NCBI GenBank assembly: GCA_043228905.1
Contig: JBHGNT010001087.1
Coordinates: 1 to 12,208 of the forward strand
Reading direction: 5' to 3'
Length of the DNA stretch: 12,208 bases
Source of the DNA: Azolla caroliniana
Lineage: Eukaryota > Plantae > Polypodiophyta
How positions within the stretch are numbered: position 1 is the first letter of the stretch; each line of letters begins with the position of its first letter. A model generated the notes under the pieces. The model was not told the origin of the DNA, did no database searches, and saw only the letters and a list, made by a program, of their open reading frames with translations. This document shows positions 9,133 to 12,208 of this stretch, piece by piece. The translations under genes were made by a program, and so were the position numbers.

Positions 9133-9972
9133 CTACAAATTCCATGGCATATTGTTGTAAATACATTCATACACATTAGCACTAACTGTGTATAAACCTG
9201 AGGAGCTATTGTATTGCGACATTGGGACATTGATGCACCTGACCAAATGAGAGTACATGTACGCCACTGGTTTGTCTTCCAATAGCCTATACACATAATC
9301 GTAATCATCTAGTCTTGCATAAAAAATACCTTCGATGTAGAATGTCCTGGTAGATACAACATTTCCCTAGGCATCTATTATATTCTACGTTGCACATTGT
9401 TTACTAACCGTGCACTTCAATATATAGAAATCAACACCCTCTGAATTGCCTTCTTTTGCATTTACATTGAAATTATCCCCAACATTTAACACATCACTAA
9501 GAGTATCTCCACGTCCTTGATATGTCAAGTCAGCATTCTTTTCTGTTTCTCCATCAACTGCTTCCTTATCGTTCAATGTATGATACTCCCAATTCTGAAT
9601 ATATGCTTTGTTTAAACAATACCTCCAATTTCCTGGCACACAATGGACGCAAAAAATAAGTTAATTCTCTAACCGCAATACAATTACCATCCAACTAGAA
9701 TAACAACGAACAACCTGGAGAGATCACAATTCGGGAATTCCTTGGTGCTCCCAGGTTTTCTCCCTATTTACTTCATCTATCTTCACTTCCCAAAATTCAC
9801 GTTTGATATCTTGGACCCGTGAGGAATAAACACCCATTGCACTCGTTGACATATTAGCTCTTAAAAATTCAATTACATGTGTTGCACAATTCATCTGCAC
9901 ACCATCTGCCTTTAGTTATTCATGGGTAAGTGCCCGCTTCATAACAATACCTGCACCATCATGTTCACTTTT
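9133..9972 (-). pseudogene. DDD transposase C-terminal part (Sola2-like)
   Basis: Manual translation: KSEHDGAGIVMKRALTHE*LKADGVQMNCATHVIEFLR...REFWEV...AVRELT(fs)FCVHCVPGNWRYCLN...VGDNF...EGVDFYILKC...DA*GN...AYMYSHLV...NNMPWNL*. It resembles the HGKGxxDGxG..KR third-Asp motif and the RxLSCFCxxC motif. Confidence 0.75.
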
Positions 9973-10872
9973 AGCTACTACCATAGTTTAGTACAATAGC
10001 TAATTAGCTACTACCATACTTTAGTTGAGTAGCTAATTAGCTAAGTGGTAGCTAAATAGTTTAGTATAGTAGCTAATTAGCTACTACCATACTTTAGTTG
10101 ACTAGCTAATTAGCTAAGTGGTAGCTAATTCGCTACTACCATAGTTTAATACAATAGTTAATTAGCTAAATGTTAGCTAATTAGATACTACCATAGTTTA
10201 ATATAGTAACTAATTAGCTAAGTAGTAGCTAAGTAGCTACTACCATACTTTAGCTAAGTCGCTAATTAGCTAACAGGTAGCTAATTAGCTACTACCATAC
10301 TTAAGCTGAGTAGCTAATTAGCTACTACCATACTTTAGCTGAGTAGCTAATTAGCTAAATGGTAGCTAATTAACTACTACCATACTTAAGCCTAGTAGTT
10401 AATTAGCTAAGTGGTAGCTAATTAGCTACTACCATACTTTAGCTGAGTAGTTAATTAGCTAAGTGTTAGCTAATTAGCTATTACTATACTTTAGTATTAG
10501 TGGCTAATTAGCTATTTCTATACTTTAGCTAAGTCACTAATTAGCTAAGTGGTAGCTAATTAACGACTACCATACTTCAGCTGAGTAGCTAATTAGCTAC
10601 CACTTAGCTAATTAGCTACTACCATACTTTAGCCAATTTTGGTAGCTAATTAGCTATTGTTATAGGTAGCTAATTAGGTATTGTGGTAGCTAAATAGCTA
10701 TGAATGGTAGCTAATTAGTTATTCTGGTAGCTAAATAGCTATGTTCGACATACTTAGGGAGCTAATTAGCTATTGTTGGTAGCTAGTTAGCTATGGGCAT
10801 ATTCTGAGGTAGGTAATTAGCTCTTTGGGTATGGTCATATTTAGAGGTAGCTAATAAGTTAACTAGCTAAGC
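9971..10872. repeat. Palindromic satellite array 2, same family as 5547-7037, in the transposase intron
   Basis: Same 14-bp palindrome and the same 5/19-bp spacers in the same plus-strand orientation. It degenerates toward 10640-10872. Confidence 0.97.
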
Positions 10873-10910
10873 TCAAAAGTCAAAACAAATGTTGAGATAA
10901 ATGTAAATAC

Positions 10911-11610
10911 TTGAGGTACATCAAGAAGATGAATGGGATGCACCTGGTATTGACTCCTTCCAACACGTTTCCTGCATAAATCCTTCTTATTGGGTGAAAC
11001 CCTACTCTCATTAGTCCAAAATATTGTGATTATATCCTTGATTTCGTATGTTATGGGTGTCATTGTCTTACATCTTGTTGTTAGCTTTAGCAGACTAGCT
11101 CCTTCACCTAAGGAAACTATTCGGTTCAATGTATTATACACACTTTTTCTACTATCACCAATTACCTTAGATAGCACATTGATGTTAATATCCTCAACAT
11201 CTCTATTAAGTAACATCATTAGACTAGACCTTTTTAAGACAAGATCATCTTTTGACCTGCTCATTGATACGAAACTATTACGGAGATGATGGATCATTTA
11301 ATATTCCATAAAGTACTACCTTCTTGTCTTCATTGCTGATGTGCTTGGTTTGAACATTGAAATAGTCTACAACCTTTCTCTCTATGATAGTAGTCTCATT
11401 ACTTCCATTCTCAGTGATATTTAGACCTATATCCCAACCAATACTATCTTTACCTTTAGTGAGTGTGGCTTTCGTATCCTTCAACAATTGACGATGTTTT
11501 CTTTTCTTTTCTGCCCAATACTTTCGTATTGCTTCTTGTGTCCTGATAGCGTCATCCCTATCCTGGTGATCATTGAGGGGTAATTCTAAACACCCTCCTT
11601 CCCCTTCCAT
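10911..11610 (-). pseudogene. Transposase N-terminal exon (Sola2-like), one frameshift near 11285
   Basis: ORFs 11278-11610 and 10863-11297 overlap by a frameshift. FWTNESRVSPNKKDLCRKR..HPIHLL..Q resembles the F(Y/W)...SR..PxKKD motif upstream of the catalytic core in this family. Candidate donor CAA|GTATTT at 10910. Confidence 0.68.
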
Positions 11611-11678
11611 TTGGCTTGACGGGTTTAAACCCTAATTTTCCCGAAAAAAAGACACGTATTAAAGATGGCTATGGGCAA

Positions 11679-11760
11679 CAACAATACACAAAAATATTCC
11701 GTAATACACAAGATTATACATAACAATACACAAGATTATCCACAACAATACACAAGATAA
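11679..11760. repeat. ~22-bp tandem repeat (ACAACAATACACAAGATTATCC), about 4 copies
   Basis: AATACACAA at 11683, 11703, 11725 and 11747. Confidence 0.85.
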
Positions 11761-11786
11761 TCAATAGACAGAATAGTTATTCAAAT

Positions 11787-12208
11787 CCAAGACCGAACAA
11801 TGGCGGTAATCCAGGGCCGAATAGTGGCGACAACTGAGGGTAGAATGGCGGCAGTGGAGGAGTGAAGTTCGTTTGATCGAACAGTTTTGACAATCCAGGA
11901 CCGAACAATGGCGGCAACTAAGTGTAGAATGATGGCAATGGAGGAGTGAATACCGTCGGATCGAACAGTGGCAGATGATGCTTGGAACGCACAGTGACAA
12001 CAATTGAGAGTACAATGGCGGCAGTGGAGAAGGAGTGAACTCCCTCAGATCGAAAAGTGGCAGCAATCCACGACCGAATAGTAGCGGAAACTAAGTGTAG
12101 AATGATGGCAATGGATGAGTGAACTCCGTCAAATCAAAAAGTGGCAACAATCCAGGACCGGTCACCGAATAGTAGCGGCAACTGAGTGTAGAATGATGGC
12201 AATGGAGG
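11787..12208. repeat. 84-bp higher-order tandem repeat, about 5 copies, runs off the window
   Basis: AATCCA(G/C)G(A/G)CCG at 11808, 11892, 12065 and 12149, with a degenerate copy near 11977. Each unit is built from related 18-24 bp subunits. Confidence 0.88.

Larger units (their letters stand above)
3328..12208. mobile_element. Putative large non-autonomous Sola2-like DNA transposon with accessory gene(s); termini not seen
   Basis: Transposase remnants (11610-10911, 9972-9133) and a convergent plus-strand gene share the same intronic palindromic satellite. Stop codons are only about 390 bp apart with no visible element boundary between them. Extent is inferred. Confidence 0.55.

Noticed and set aside
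10990-11289. Hydrophobic 99-aa plus-strand ORF
   Set aside because: Antisense to the transposase exon; hydrophobicity reflects the T-rich strand.
11761-12066. Cys/His-rich minus-strand ORF as a metal-binding protein
   Set aside because: Its periodicity is just the reverse translation of the 84-bp repeat, and it has a non-ATG start.
3328-12208. Terminal inverted repeats or TSD of the DNA transposon
   Set aside because: None could be identified by eye; both ends probably lie outside the window.

Overview
AT-rich eukaryotic DNA with GT-AG introns, most likely repeat-rich DNA from a land plant (a non-seed plant such as a fern or bryophyte is my inference). Two decayed mobile elements appear nested. 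(1) At 1-3327 on the minus strand lies the 5' part of a Ty3/gypsy LTR retrotransposon: a 683-bp TG...CA LTR, a tRNA-Trp primer-binding site, degenerate gag with a CCHC knuckle, a protease with an atypical DHG triad, and the start of pol. (2) From 3328 to at least 11610 lies a putative large DNA transposon. It has an internally deleted Sola2-like DDD transposase on the minus strand. A multi-exon accessory gene on the plus strand converges on it and encodes an unknown N-terminal domain, a coiled coil and a RING-H2 finger, followed by an intact exon for an FCP1/HAD-like pseudo-phosphatase. One intron of each gene is filled with the same satellite built from the 14-bp palindrome TAGCTAATTAGCTA. 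An 84-bp higher-order tandem repeat ends the window. All family assignments come from motif recognition by eye; no searches were run.
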